64,000 bases of DNA from the human T2T-CHM13v2.0 reference genome, Homo sapiens, in NCBI RefSeq assembly GCF_009914755.1, contig NC_060934.1. One strand, 5' to 3'. Every line of letters begins with the position of its first letter. Within the stretch, counting starts at the first letter, position 1. The notes beneath the pieces are model-generated. The model worked only from the letters and a program-made list of their open reading frames with translations, was not told where the DNA came from and did not search any database. A program made the translations under genes and the position numbers. This document shows, one piece after another, positions 26,849 to 43,400 of the stretch.

Positions 26849-29800
26849 AATGGAATGGAATGGAAGAGTCAATGAACTCGAATGGAATCATCATTGAATG
26901 GAATCGAATGGAATCATCGAGTGGAATCGAATGGAATCATGATCAAATGGAATCGAATGTAATCATCATCAAATGGAATCCAAAATCACCATCATCAATT
27001 GGTACTGAATGGAATTGTCATCAAATGGAATTCAAAGGAATCATCATCAAATGGAACCGAATGGAATCCTCATTGAATGGAAATGAAAGGAGTCATCATC
27101 TAATGGAACCGAATTGAATCCTCATTGAATGGAAATGAAAGGAGTCATCATCTAATGGAATCGCATGGAATCATCATCAAATGGAATCGAATGGAATCAT
27201 CATCAAATGGAATCGAATGGAATCATTGAACGGAATTGAATCGAATCGTCATCGAATGAATTGAATGCAATCATCGAATGGTCTCGAATGGAATCATCTT
27301 CAAATGGAAAGGAATGGAATCATCGCATAGAATCGAATGGAATTATCATCGAATGGACTCGAATGGAATCAACATCAAACGGAATCAAACGGAATTATCG
27401 AATGGAAGCGAAGAGAATCATCGAATGGACTCGAATGGAATCATCTAATGGAATGGAATGGAATAATCCATGGACCCGAATGCAATCATCATCGAATAGA
27501 ATCGAATGCAATCATCGAATGGACTCGAATGGAATAATCATTGAACGAAATCGAATGGAATCATCGTCGAATGGAAACGAATGGAATCATCATCGAATGG
27601 AAATGAAAGGAGTCATCATCTAATGGAATCGCATGGAATCATCATCAAATGGAATCAAATGGAATCATCATCGAATGGAATCTAATGGAATCATTGAACG
27701 GAATTGCATGGAATCGTCATCGAATGAATTGAATGCAATCATCGAATGGTCTCGATTGGAATCATCTTCAAATGGAATGGAATGGAATCATCGCATAGAA
27801 TCGAATGGAATTATCATCGAATGGACTCAAATGGAATCAACATCAAACGGAATCAAACGGAATTATCGAATGGAATCGAAGAGAATCATCGAATGGACTC
27901 GAATGGAATCATCTAATGAAATAGAATGGAATAATCCATGGACTCGAATGCAATCATCATCAAATGGAATCGAATGGAATCGTCGAATGGACTCGAGTGG
28001 AATAAACATTCAACGGAATCGAATGGAATCGTCACCGGATGGAAACGAATGGAATCATCATCGAATGGAATCGAATGGAATCATCAAATGGAATCAGATG
28101 AAATCATCATCAAATGGATTCGAATAGAATTATGGAATGAAATCCAATGTGATCATCATCGAATGGACTCAAACGGAATCATCATCCAATGGAAACTAAT
28201 GGAATCAACATCGAATGGAATCGAATGGAAACGCCATCGAATTGAAACGAATGGAATTATCATGAAATTGAAATGGATGGACTCATCATCGAATGGATTC
28301 GAATGGAATCACCGAATGAAATTGATAGAAATCATCATCAAATGGAATCGAAGGGAATCATTGAATGGAATCGAATGGAATCATCATCAGATGGAAATGA
28401 ATGGAATCATCATTGAATGGAATCGAATGGATTCTTTGAATGGAATCTGATGGAATCATCGAATGGTTTTGAATGGAATCATTGAATGGACTCGAATGGA
28501 ATCTTTATTGAATGGAATTGAATGGAATCATCGAATGGTCACGAATGGAATCATTATCAAATGGAATCGAATGGAATCACCGAATAGAATCGAATGGAAC
28601 AATCATCGAATGGACTCAAATGGAATTATCCTCAAATGGAATCAAATGGAATTATCGAATGCAATCGAATGGAATTATCGAATGCAATCGAATAGAATCA
28701 TCGAATGGACTCGAATGGTATCATCGAATGGAACGGAATGGAATAGTCAATGAACTCGAATGGAATCATCATTGAATGGAATTGAATGGAATCATCAAGT
28801 GGAATCGAATGGAATCATGATCAAATGGAATCGAATGTAATCATCATCAAATGGAATCCAAATTAACCATCATCACTTGGTATTGAATGGAATTGTCATC
28901 AAATGGAATTCAAAGGAATCATCATGAAATGGAACCGAATGGAATCATCATTGAATGGAAATGAAAGGAGTCATCATCTAATGGAATCGCATGGAATCAT
29001 CATCAAATGGAATCGAATGGAATCATCATCAAATGGAATCTAATGGAATCATTGAACGGAATTGAATGGAATCGTCATCGAATGAATTGAGTGCAATCAT
29101 CGAATGGTCTCGAAAGGAATAATCTTCAAATGGAAAGGAATGGAATCATCTCATAGAATCGAATGGAATTATCAACGAATGGACTCGAATGGAATCAACA
29201 TCAAACGGAATTATCGAATGGAATCGAAGAGAATCATCGAATGGCCACGAATGGAATCATCTAATGGAATGGAATGGAATAATCCATGGACCCGAATGCA
29301 ATCATCATCGAATAGAATCGAATGCAATCATCGAATGGACACGAATGGAATAATCATTGAACGGAATCGAATGGAATCATCGTCGAATGGAAACGCATGG
29401 AATCATCATCGAATGGAAATGAAAGGAGTCATCATCTAATGGAATCGCACGGAATCATCATCAAATGGAATCCAATGGAATCATCATCGAATGGAATCTA
29501 ATGGAATAATTGAACGGAATTGAATCGAATCGTCATCGAATGAATTGAATGCAATCATCGAATGGTCTCGAATGTAACCATCTTCAAATGGAATGGAATG
29601 GAATCATCGCATAGAATCGAATGGAATTATCATCGAATGGACTCAAATGGAATCAACATCAAACGGAATCAAACGGAATTATCGAATGGAATCGAAGAGA
29701 ATCATCGAATGGACTCGAATGGAATCATCTAATGAAATAGAATGGAATAATCCATGGACTCGAATGCAATCATCATCAAATGGAATCGAATGGAATCGTC

Positions 29801-32800
29801 GAATGGACTCGAGTGGAATAAACATTCAACGGAATCGAATGGAATCGTCACCGGATGGAAACGAATGGAATCATCATCGAATGGAATCGAATGGAATCAT
29901 CAAATGGAATCAGATGAAATCATCATCAAATGGATTCGAATAGAATTATGGAATGAAATCCAATGTGATCATCATCGAATGGACACGAACAGAATCATCA
30001 TCCAATGGAAACAAATGGAATCAACATCGAATGGAATCGAATGGAAACGCCATCGAAAGGAAACGAATGGAATTATCATGAAATTGAAATGGATGGACTC
30101 ATCATCGAATGGATTCGAATGGAATCACCGAATGAAATTGATAGAAATCATCATCAAATGGAATCGAATGGAATCATTGAATGGAATCGAATGGAATCAT
30201 CATCAGATGGAAATGAATGGAATCATCACTGAATGGAATCGAATGGATTCATTGAATGGAATCTGATGGAATCATCGAATGGACTTGAATGGAATCATTG
30301 AATGGACTCGAATGGAATCTTTATTGAATGGAATTGAATGGAATCATCGAATGGTCTCGAATGGAATCATTATCAAATGGAATCGAATGGAATCACCGAA
30401 TAGAATCGAATGGAACAATCATCGAATGGACTCAAATGGAATTATCCTCAAATGGAATCGAATGGATTTATCGAATGCAATCGAATGGAATTATCGAAAG
30501 CAATCGAATAGAATCATCGAATGGACTCGAATGGAATCATCAAATGGAATGGAATGGAAGAGTCAATGAACTCGAATGGAATCATCATTGAATGGAATCG
30601 AATGGAATCATCGAGTGGAATCGAATGGAATCATGATCAAATGGAATCGAATGTAATCATCATCAAATGGAATCCAAAATCACCATCATCAATTGGTACT
30701 GAATGGAATTGTCATCAAATGGAATTCAAAGGAATCATCATCAAATGGAACCGAATGGAATCCTCATTGAATGGAAATGAAAGGAGTCATCATCTAATGG
30801 AACCGAATTGAATCCTCATTGAATGGAAATGAAAGGAGTCATCATCTAATGGAATCGCATGGAATCATCATCAAATGGAATCGAATGGAATCATCATCAA
30901 ATGGAATCGAATGGAATCATTGAACGGAATTGAATCGAATCGTCATCGAATGAATTGAATGCAATCATCGAATGGTCTCGAATGGAATCATCTTCAAATG
31001 GAAAGGAATGGAATCATCGCATAGAATCGAATGGAATTATCATCGAATGGACTCGAATGGAATCAACATCAAACGGAATCAAACGGAATTATCGAATGGA
31101 AGCGAAGAGAATCATCGAATGGACTCGAATGGAATCATCTAATGGAATGGAATGGAATAATCCATGGACCCGAATGCAATCATCATCGAATAGAATCGAA
31201 TGCAATCATCGAATGGACTCGAATGGAATAATCATTGAACGAAATCGAATGGAATCATCGTCGAATGGAAACGAATGGAATCATCATCGAATGGAAATGA
31301 AAGGAGTCATCATCTAATGGAATCGCATGGAATCATCATCAAATGGAATCAAATGGAATCATCATCGAATGGAATCTAATGGAATCATTGAACGGAATTG
31401 CATGGAATCGTCATCGAATGAATTGAATGCAATCATCGAATGGTCTCGATTGGAATCATCTTCAAATGGAATGGAATGGAATCATCGCATAGAATCGAAT
31501 GGAATTATCATCGAATGGACTCAAATGGAATCAACATCAAACGGAATCAAACGGAATTATCGAATGGAATCGAAGAGAATCATCGAATGGACTCGAATGG
31601 AATCATCTAATGAAATAGAATGGAATAATCCATGGACTCGAATGCAATCATCATCAAATGGAATCGAATGGAATCGTCGAATGGACTCGAGTGGAATAAA
31701 CATTCAACGGAATCGAATGGAATCGTCACCGGATGGAAACGAATGGAATCATCATCGAATGGAATCGAATGGAATCATCAAATGGAATCAGATGAAATCA
31801 TCATCAAATGGATTCGAATAGAATTATGGAATGAAATCCAATGTGATCATCATCGAATGGACTCAAACGGAATCATCATCCAATGGAAACTAATGGAATC
31901 AACATCGAATGGAATCGAATGGAAACGCCATCGAATTGAAACGAATGGAATTATCATGAAATTGAAATGGATGGACTCATCATCGAATGGATTCGAATGG
32001 AATCACCGAATGAAATTGATAGAAATCATCATCAAATGGAATCGAAGGGAATCATTGAATGGAATCGAATGGAATCATCATCAGATGGAAATGAATGGAA
32101 TCATCATTGAATGGAATCGAATGGATTCTTTGAATGGAATCTGATGGAATCATCGAATGGTTTTGAATGGAATCATTGAATGGACTCGAATGGAATCTTT
32201 ATTGAATGGAATTGAATGGAATCATCGAATGGTCACGAATGGAATCATTATCAAATGGAATCGAATGGAATCACCGAATAGAATCGAATGGAACAATCAT
32301 CGAATGGACTCAAATGGAATTATCCTCAAATGGAATCAAATGGAATTATCGAATGCAATCGAATGGAATTATCGAATGCAATCGAATAGAATCATCGAAT
32401 GGACTCGAATGGTATCATCGAATGGAACGGAATGGAATAGTCAATGAACTCGAATGGAATCATCATTGAATGGAATTGAATGGAATCATCAAGTGGAATC
32501 GAATGGAATCATGATCAAATGGAATCGAATGTAATCATCATCAAATGGAATCCAAATTAACCATCATCACTTGGTATTGAATGGAATTGTCATCAAATGG
32601 AATTCAAAGGAATCATCATGAAATGGAACCGAATGGAATCATCATTGAATGGAAATGAAAGGAGTCATCATCTAATGGAATCGCATGGAATCATCATCAA
32701 ATGGAATCGAATGGAATCATCATCAAATGGAATCTAATGGAATCATTGAACGGAATTGAATGGAATCGTCATCGAATGAATTGAGTGCAATCATCGAATG

Positions 32801-34495
32801 GTCTCGAAAGGAATAATCTTCAAATGGAAAGGAATGGAATCATCTCATAGAATCGAATGGAATTATCAACGAATGGACTCGAATGGAATCAACATCAAAC
32901 GGAATTATCGAATGGAATCGAAGAGAATCATCGAATGGCCACGAATGGAATCATCTAATGGAATGGAATGGAATAATCCATGGACCCGAATGCAATCATC
33001 ATCGAATAGAATCGAATGCAATCATCGAATGGACACGAATGGAATAATCATTGAACGGAATCGAATGGAATCATCGTCGAATGGAAACGCATGGAATCAT
33101 CATCGAATGGAAATGAAAGGAGTCATCATCTAATGGAATCGCACGGAATCATCATCAAATGGAATCCAATGGAATCATCATCGAATGGAATCTAATGGAA
33201 TAATTGAACGGAATTGAATCGAATCGTCATCGAATGAATTGAATGCAATCATCGAATGGTCTCGAATGTAACCATCTTCAAATGGAATGGAATGGAATCA
33301 TCGCATAGAATCGAATGGAATTATCATCGAATGGACTCAAATGGAATCAACATCAAACGGAATCAAACGGAATTATCGAATGGAATCGAAGAGAATCATC
33401 GAATGGACTCGAATGGAATCATCTAATGAAATAGAATGGAATAATCCATGGACTCGAATGCAATCATCATCAAATGGAATCGAATGGAATCGTCGAATGG
33501 ACTCGAGTGGAATAAACATTCAACGGAATCGAATGGAATCGTCACCGGATGGAAACGAATGGAATCATCATCGAATGGAATCGAATGGAATCATCAAATG
33601 GAATCAGATGAAATCATCATCAAATGGATTCGAATAGAATTATGGAATGAAATCCAATGTGATCATCATCGAATGGACACGAACAGAATCATCATCCAAT
33701 GGAAACAAATGGAATCAACATCGAATGGAATCGAATGGAAACGCCATCGAAAGGAAACGAATGGAATTATCATGAAATTGAAATGGATGGACTCATCATC
33801 GAATGGATTCGAATGGAATCACCGAATGAAATTGATAGAAATCATCATCAAATGGAATCGAATGGAATCATTGAATGGAATCGAATGGAATCATCATCAG
33901 ATGGAAATGAATGGAATCATCACTGAATGGAATCGAATGGATTCATTGAATGGAATCTGATGGAATCATCGAATGGACTTGAATGGAATCATTGAATGGA
34001 CTCGAATGGAATCTTTATTGAATGGAATTGAATGGAATCATCGAATGGTCTCGAATGGAATCATTATCAAATGGAATCGAATGGAATCACCGAATAGAAT
34101 CGAATGGAACAATCATCGAATGGACTCAAATGGAATTATCCTCAAATGGAATCGAATGGATTTATCGAATGCAATCGAATGGAATTATCGAAAGCAATCG
34201 AATAGAATCATCGAATGGACTCGAATGGAATCATCAAATGGAATGGAATGGAAGAGTCAATGAACTCGAATGGAATCATCATTGAATGGAATCGAATGGA
34301 ATCATCGAGTGGAATCGAATGGAATCATGATCAAATGGAATCGAATGTAATCATCATCAAATGGAATCCAAAATCACCATCATCAATTGGTACTGAATGG
34401 AATTGTCATCAAATGGAATTCAAAGGAATCATCATCAAATGGAACCGAATGGAATCCTCATTGAATGGAAATGAAAGGAGTCATCATCTAATGGA
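26849..34495. repeat. 3694-bp tandem duplication (1878+1816)
   Basis: Identical ORF translations at +3694 (27261/30955, 27633/31327, 29104/32798, 29754/33448). Private SNVs CTCGATTGG, CGAAGGGAATCATTG, GGTTTTGAA and ACGAACAGAA are repeated. Confidence 0.9.
27050..27153. repeat. 52-bp tandem micro-duplication; also at 30744 and 61634
   Basis: AATGGAACCGAAT(G/T)GAATCCTCATTGAATGGAAATGAAAGGAGTCATCATCT occurs twice (27050, 27102), giving 1878 = 1826+52. Confidence 0.93.
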
Positions 34496-37400
34496 ATCGC
34501 ATGGAATCATCATCAAATGGAATCGAATGGAATCATCATCAAATGGAATCGAATGGAATCATTGAACGGAATTGAATGGAATCGTCATCGAATGAATTGA
34601 GTGCAATCATCGAATGGTCTCGAAAGGAATAATCTTCAAATGGAAAGGAATGGAATCATCTCATAGAATCGAATGGAATTATCAACGAATGGACTCGAAT
34701 GGAATCAACATCAAACGGAATTATCGAATGGAATCGAAGAGAATCATCGAATGGCCACGAATGGAATCATCTAATGGAATGGAATGGAATAATCCATGGA
34801 CCCGAATGCAATCATCATCGAATAGAATCGAATGGAATCATCGAATGGACACGAATGGAATTATCATTGAACGGAATCGAATGGAATCATCATCGAATGG
34901 AAACGCATGGAATCATCATCGAATGGAAATGAAAGGAGTCATCATCTAATGGAATCGCACGGAATCATCATCAAATGGAATCGAATGGAATCATCATCGA
35001 ATGGAATCTAATGGAATAATTGAACGGAAGTGAATGGAATCGTCATCGAATGAATTGAATGCAATCATCGAATGGTCTCGAATGTAACCATCTTCAAATG
35101 GAATGGAATGGAATCATCGCATAGAATCGAATGGAATTATCATCGAATGGACTCAAATGGAATCAACATCAAACGGAATCAAACGGAATTATCGAATGGA
35201 ATCGAAGAGAATCATCGAATGGACTCGAATGGAATCATCTAATGAAATAGAATGGAATAATCCATGGACTCGAATGCAATCATCATCAAATGGAATCGAA
35301 TGGAATCGTCGAATGGACTCGAGTGGAATAAACATTCAACGGAATCGAATGGAATCGTCACCGGATGGAAACGAATGGAATCATCATCGAATGGAATCGA
35401 ATGGAATCATCAAATGGAATCAGATGAAATCATCATCAAATGGATTCGAATAGAATTATGGAATGAAATCCAATGTGATCATCATCGAATGGACACGAAC
35501 GGAATCATCATCCAATGGAAACAAATGGAATCAACATCGAATGGAATCGAATGGAAAGGCCATCGAAAGGAAACGAATGGAATTATCATGAAATTGAAAT
35601 GGATGGACTCATCATCGAATGGATTCGAATGGAATCACCGAATGAAATTGATAGAAATCATCATCAAATGGAATCGAATGGAATCATTGAATGGAATCGA
35701 ATGGAATCATCATCAGATGGAAATGAATGGAATCATCACTGAATGGAATCGAATGGATTCATTGAATGGAATCTGATGGAATCATCGAATGGACTTGACT
35801 GGAATCATTGAATGGACTCGAATGGAATCTTTATTGAATGGAATTGAATGGAATCATCGAATGGTCTCGAATGGAATCATTATCAAATGGAATCGAATGG
35901 AATCACCGAATAGAATCGAATGGAACAATCATCGAATGGATTCAAATGGAATTATCCTCAAATGGAATCGAATGGATTTATCGAATGCAATTGAATGGAA
36001 TTATCGAAAGCAATCGAATAGAATCATCGAATGGACTCGAATGGAATCATCGAATGGAATGGAATGGAAGAGTCAATGAACTCGAATGGAATCATCATTG
36101 AATGGACTCGAACGGAATCATCATCCAATGGAAACTAATGGAATCAACATCAAATGGAATCGAATGGAAACACCATCGAATTGAAACGAATGGAATTATC
36201 ATGAAATTGAAATGGATGGACTCATCATCGAATGGATTTGAATGGAATCACTGAATGAAATTGATTGAAATCATCATCGAATGGAATCATTGAATGGAAT
36301 CGAATGGAATCATCATGAGATGGAAATGAACGGAATCATCATAGAATGGAATCGAACGGATTCATTGAATGGAATCAGATGGAATCTTCGAATGGACATG
36401 AATGGAATCATTGAATGGACTCGAATGGAATCATTATTGAATAGAATTGAATGGAATCATTGAACGGCCTCGAATGGAATAATTATGAAATGAAATCGAA
36501 TGGAATCACCAAATAGAATCGAATGGAACAATCATCGAATGCACTCAAATGGAATTATCCTCAAATGGAATAGAATGGAATTATCGAATGCAGTCGAATA
36601 GAATCATCGAATGGACTCGAATGGTATCATCGAATGGAACGGAATGGAATAGTCAATGAACTCGAATGGAATCATCATTGAATGGAATTGAATGGAATCA
36701 TCGAGTGGAATCGAATGGAATCATGATCAAATGGAATCGAATGTAATCATCATCAAATGGAATCCAAATTAACCATCATCACTTGGTATTGAATGGAATT
36801 GTCATCAAATGGAATTCAAAGGAATCATCATGAAATGGAACCGAATGGAATCATCATTGAATGGAAATGAAAGGAGTCATCATCTAATGGAATCGCATGG
36901 AATCATCATCAAATGAAATCGAATGGAATCATCATCAAATGGAATCTAATGGAATCATTGAACGGAATTGAATGGAGTCGTCATCGAATGAATTGAGTGC
37001 AATCATCGAATGGTCTCGAAAGGAATAATCTTCAAATGGAAAGGAATGGAATCATCGCATAGAATCGAATGGAATTATCAAGGAATGGACTCGAATGGGA
37101 TCAACATCAAACGGAATTATCGAATGGAATCGAAGAGAATCATCGAATGGCCACGAATGGAATCATCTAATGGAATGGAATGGAATAATCCATGGACCCG
37201 AATGCAATCATCATCGAATAGAATCGAATGGAATCATCGAATGGACACGAATGGAATAATCATTGAACGGAATCGAATGGAATCATCGTCGAATGGAAAC
37301 GCATGGAATCATCATCGAATGGAAATGAAAGGAGTCATCATCTAATGGAATCGCACAGAATCATCATCAAATGGAATCGAATGGAATCATCATCGAATGG

Positions 37401-40400
37401 AATCTAATGGAATAATTGAACGGAAGTGAATGGAATCGTCATCGAATGAATTGAATGCAATCATCAAATGGTCTCGAATGTAACCATCTTCAAATGGAAT
37501 GGAATGGAATCATCGCATAGAATCGAATGGAATTATCATCGAATGGACTCAAATGGAATCAACATCAAACGGAATCAAACGGAATTATCGAATGGAATCG
37601 AAGAGAATCATCGAATGGACTCGAATGGAATCATCTAATGAAATAGAATGGAATAATCCATGGACTCGAATGCAATCATCATCAAATGGAATCGAATGGA
37701 ATCGTCGAATGGACTCGAGTGGAATAAACATTCAACGGAATCGAATGGAATCGTCACCGGTTGGAAACGAATGGAATCATCATCGACTGGAATCGAATGG
37801 AATCATCAAATGGAATCAGATGAAATCATCATCAAATGGATTCGAATAGAATTATGGAATGAAATCCAATGTGATCATCATCGAATGGACACGAACGGAA
37901 TCATCATCCAATGGAAACAAATGGAATCAACATCGAATGGAATCGAATGGAAACGCCATCGAAAGGAAACGAATGGAATTATCATGAAATTGAAATGGAT
38001 GGACTCATCATCGAATGGATTCGAATGGAATCACCGAATGAAATTGATAGAAATCATCATCAAATGGAATCGAATGGAATCATTGAATGGAATCGAATGG
38101 AATCATCATCAGATGGAAATGAATGGAATCATCACTGAATGGAATCGAATGGATTCATTGAATGGAATCCGATGGAATCATCGAATGGACTTGAATGGAA
38201 TCATTGAATGGACTCGAATGGAATCTTTATTGAATGGAATTGAATGGAATCATCGAATGGTCTCGAATGGAATCATTATCAAATGGAATCGAATGGAATC
38301 ACCGAATAGAATCGAATGGAACAATCATCGAATGGACTCAAATGGAATTATCCTCAAATGGAATCGAATGGATTTATCGAATGAAATCGAATGGAATTAT
38401 CGAAAGCAATCGAATAGAATCATCGAATGGACTCGAATGGAATCATCGAATGGAATGGAATGGAAGAGTCAATGAACTCGAATGGAATCATCATTGAATG
38501 GAATCGAATGGAATCATCGAGTGGAATCGAATGGAATCATGATCAAATGGAATCGAATGTAATCATCATCAAATGGAATCCAAAATCACCATCATCAATT
38601 GGTACTGAATGGAATTGTCATCAAATGGAATTCAAAGGAATCATCATCAAATGGAACCGAATGGAATCCTCATTGAATGGAAATGAAAGGAGTCATCATC
38701 TAATGGAATCGCATGGAATCATCATCAAATGGAATCGAATGGAATCATCATCAAATGGAATCGAATGGAATCATTGAACGGAATTGAATCGAATCGTCAT
38801 CGAATGAATTGAATGCAATCATCGAATGGTCTCGAATGGAATCATCTTCAAATGGAAAGGAATGGAATCATCGCATAGAATCGAATGGAATTATCATCGA
38901 ATGGACTCGAATGGAATCAACATCAAACGGAATCAAACGGAATTATCGAATGGAAGCGAAGAGAATCATCGAATGGACTCGAATGGAATCATCTAATGGA
39001 ATGGAATGGAATAATCCATGGACCCGAATGCAATCATCATCGAATAGAATCGAATGCAATCATCGAATGGACTCGAATGGAATAATCATTGAACGAAATC
39101 GAATGGAATCATCGTCGAATGGAAACGAATGGAATCATCATCGAATGGAAATGAAAGGAGTCATCATCTAATGGAATCGCATGGAATCATCATCAAATGG
39201 AATCAAATGGAATCATCATCGAATGGAATCTAATGGAATCATTGAACGGAATTGCATGGAATCGTCATCGAATGAATTGAATGCAATCATCGAATGGTCT
39301 CGATTGGAATCATCTTCAAATGGAATGGAATGGAATCATCGCATAGAATCGAATGGAATTATCATCGAATGGACTCAAATGGAATCAACATCAAACGGAA
39401 TCAAACGGAATTATCGAATGGAATCGAAGAGAATCATCGAATGGACTCGAATGGAATCATCTAATGAAATAGAATGGAATAATCCATGGACTCGAATGCA
39501 ATCATCATCAAATGGAATCGAATGGAATCGTCGAATGGACTCGAGTGGAATAAACATTCAACGGAATCGAATGGAATCGTCACCGGATGGAAACGAATGG
39601 AATCATCATCGAATGGAATCGAATGGAATCATCAAATGGAATCAGATGAAATCATCATCAAATGGATTCGAATAGAATTATGGAATGAAATCCAATGTGA
39701 TCATCATCGAATGGACTCAAACGGAATCATCATCCAATGGAAACTAATGGAATCAACATCGAATGGAATCGAATGGAAACGCCATCGAATTGAAACGAAT
39801 GGAATTATCATGAAATTGAAATGGATGGACTCATCATCGAATGGATTCGAATGGAATCACCGAATGAAATTGATAGAAATCATCATCAAATGGAATCGAA
39901 GGGAATCATTGAATGGAATCGAATGGAATCATCATCAGATGGAAATGAATGGAATCATCATTGAATGGAATCGAATGGATTCTTTGAATGGAATCTGATG
40001 GAATCATCGAATGGTTTTGAATGGAATCATTGAATGGACTCGAATGGAATCTTTATTGAATGGAATTGAATGGAATCATCGAATGGTCACGAATGGAATC
40101 ATTATCAAATGGAATCGAATGGAATCACCGAATAGAATCGAATGGAACAATCATCGAATGGACTCAAATGGAATTATCCTCAAATGGAATCAAATGGAAT
40201 TATCGAATGCAATCGAATGGAATTATCGAATGCAATCGAATAGAATCATCGAATGGACTCGAATGGTATCATCGAATGGAACGGAATGGAATAGTCAATG
40301 AACTCGAATGGAATCATCATTGAATGGAATTGAATGGAATCATCAAGTGGAATCGAATGGAATCATGATCAAATGGAATCGAATGTAATCATCATCAAAT

Positions 40401-43400
40401 GGAATCCAAATTAACCATCATCACTTGGTATTGAATGGAATTGTCATCAAATGGAATTCAAAGGAATCATCATGAAATGGAACCGAATGGAATCATCATT
40501 GAATGGAAATGAAAGGAGTCATCATCTAATGGAATCGCATGGAATCATCATCAAATGGAATCGAATGGAATCATCATCAAATGGAATCTAATGGAATCAT
40601 TGAACGGAATTGAATGGAATCGTCATCGAATGAATTGAGTGCAATCATCGAATGGTCTCGAAAGGAATAATCTTCAAATGGAAAGGAATGGAATCATCTC
40701 ATAGAATCGAATGGAATTATCAACGAATGGACTCGAATGGAATCAACATCAAACGGAATTATCGAATGGAATCGAAGAGAATCATCGAATGGCCACGAAT
40801 GGAATCATCTAATGGAATGGAATGGAATAATCCATGGACCCGAATGCAATCATCATCGAATAGAATCGAATGCAATCATCGAATGGACACGAATGGAATA
40901 ATCATTGAACGGAATCGAATGGAATCATCGTCGAATGGAAACGCATGGAATCATCATCGAATGGAAATGAAAGGAGTCATCATCTAATGGAATCGCACGG
41001 AATCATCATCAAATGGAATCCAATGGAATCATCATCGAATGGAATCTAATGGAATAATTGAACGGAATTGAATCGAATCGTCATCGAATGAATTGAATGC
41101 AATCATCGAATGGTCTCGAATGTAACCATCTTCAAATGGAATGGAATGGAATCATCGCATAGAATCGAATGGAATTATCATCGAATGGACTCAAATGGAA
41201 TCAACATCAAACGGAATCAAACGGAATTATCGAATGGAATCGAAGAGAATCATCGAATGGACTCGAATGGAATCATCTAATGAAATAGAATGGAATAATC
41301 CATGGACTCGAATGCAATCATCATCAAATGGAATCGAATGGAATCGTCGAATGGACTCGAGTGGAATAAACATTCAACGGAATCGAATGGAATCGTCACC
41401 GGATGGAAACGAATGGAATCATCATCGAATGGAATCGAATGGAATCATCAAATGGAATCAGATGAAATCATCATCAAATGGATTCGAATAGAATTATGGA
41501 ATGAAATCCAATGTGATCATCATCGAATGGACACGAACAGAATCATCATCCAATGGAAACAAATGGAATCAACATCGAATGGAATCGAATGGAAACGCCA
41601 TCGAAAGGAAACGAATGGAATTATCATGAAATTGAAATGGATGGACTCATCATCGAATGGATTCGAATGGAATCACCGAATGAAATTGATAGAAATCATC
41701 ATCAAATGGAATCGAATGGAATCATTGAATGGAATCGAATGGAATCATCATCAGATGGAAATGAATGGAATCATCACTGAATGGAATCGAATGGATTCAT
41801 TGAATGGAATCTGATGGAATCATCGAATGGACTTGAATGGAATCATTGAATGGACTCGAATGGAATCTTTATTGAATGGAATTGAATGGAATCATCGAAT
41901 GGTCTCGAATGGAATCATTATCAAATGGAATCGAATGGAATCACCGAATAGAATCGAATGGAACAATCATCGAATGGACTCAAATGGAATTATCCTCAAA
42001 TGGAATCGAATGGATTTATCGAATGCAATCGAATGGAATTATCGAAAGCAATCGAATAGAATCATCGAATGGACTCGAATGGAATCATCAAATGGAATGG
42101 AATGGAAGAGTCAATGAACTCGAATGGAATCATCATTGAATGGAATCGAATGGAATCATCGAGTGGAATCGAATGGAATCATGATCAAATGGAATCGAAT
42201 GTAATCATCATCAAATGGAATCCAAAATCACCATCATCAATTGGTACTGAATGGAATTGTCATCAAATGGAATTCAAAGGAATCATCATCAAATGGAACC
42301 GAATGGAATCCTCATTGAATGGAAATGAAAGGAGTCATCATCTAATGGAATCGCATGGAATCATCATCAAATGGAATCGAATGGAATCATCATCAAATGG
42401 AATCGAATGGAATCATTGAACGGAATTGAATGGAATCGTCATCGAATGAATTGAGTGCAATCATCGAATGGTCTCGAAAGGAATAATCTTCAAATGGAAA
42501 GGAATGGAATCATCTCATAGAATCGAATGGAATTATCAACGAATGGACTCGAATGGAATCAACATCAAACGGAATTATCGAATGGAATCGAAGAGAATCA
42601 TCGAATGGCCACGAATGGAATCATCTAATGGAATGGAATGGAATAATCCATGGACCCGAATGCAATCATCATCGAATAGAATCGAATGGAATCATCGAAT
42701 GGACACGAATGGAATTATCATTGAACGGAATCGAATGGAATCATCATCGAATGGAAACGCATGGAATCATCATCGAATGGAAATGAAAGGAGTCATCATC
42801 TAATGGAATCGCACGGAATCATCATCAAATGGAATCGAATGGAATCATCATCGAATGGAATCTAATGGAATAATTGAACGGAAGTGAATGGAATCGTCAT
42901 CGAATGAATTGAATGCAATCATCGAATGGTCTCGAATGTAACCATCTTCAAATGGAATGGAATGGAATCATCGCATAGAATCGAATGGAATTATCATCGA
43001 ATGGACTCAAATGGAATCAACATCAAACGGAATCAAACGGAATTATCGAATGGAATCGAAGAGAATCATCGAATGGACTCGAATGGAATCATCTAATGAA
43101 ATAGAATGGAATAATCCATGGACTCGAATGCAATCATCATCAAATGGAATCGAATGGAATCGTCGAATGGACTCGAGTGGAATAAACATTCAACGGAATC
43201 GAATGGAATCGTCACCGGATGGAAACGAATGGAATCATCATCGAATGGAATCGAATGGAATCATCAAATGGAATCAGATGAAATCATCATCAAATGGATT
43301 CGAATAGAATTATGGAATGAAATCCAATGTGATCATCATCGAATGGACACGAACGGAATCATCATCCAATGGAAACAAATGGAATCAACATCGAATGGAA

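Noticed and set aside
26060-26875. Longest ORFs (271 aa; also 37660-38475 and 60644-61459)
   Set aside because: A single TGA>CGA change (26570) fuses two spurious ORFs. The three copies are explained by block duplication, not by coding constraint.
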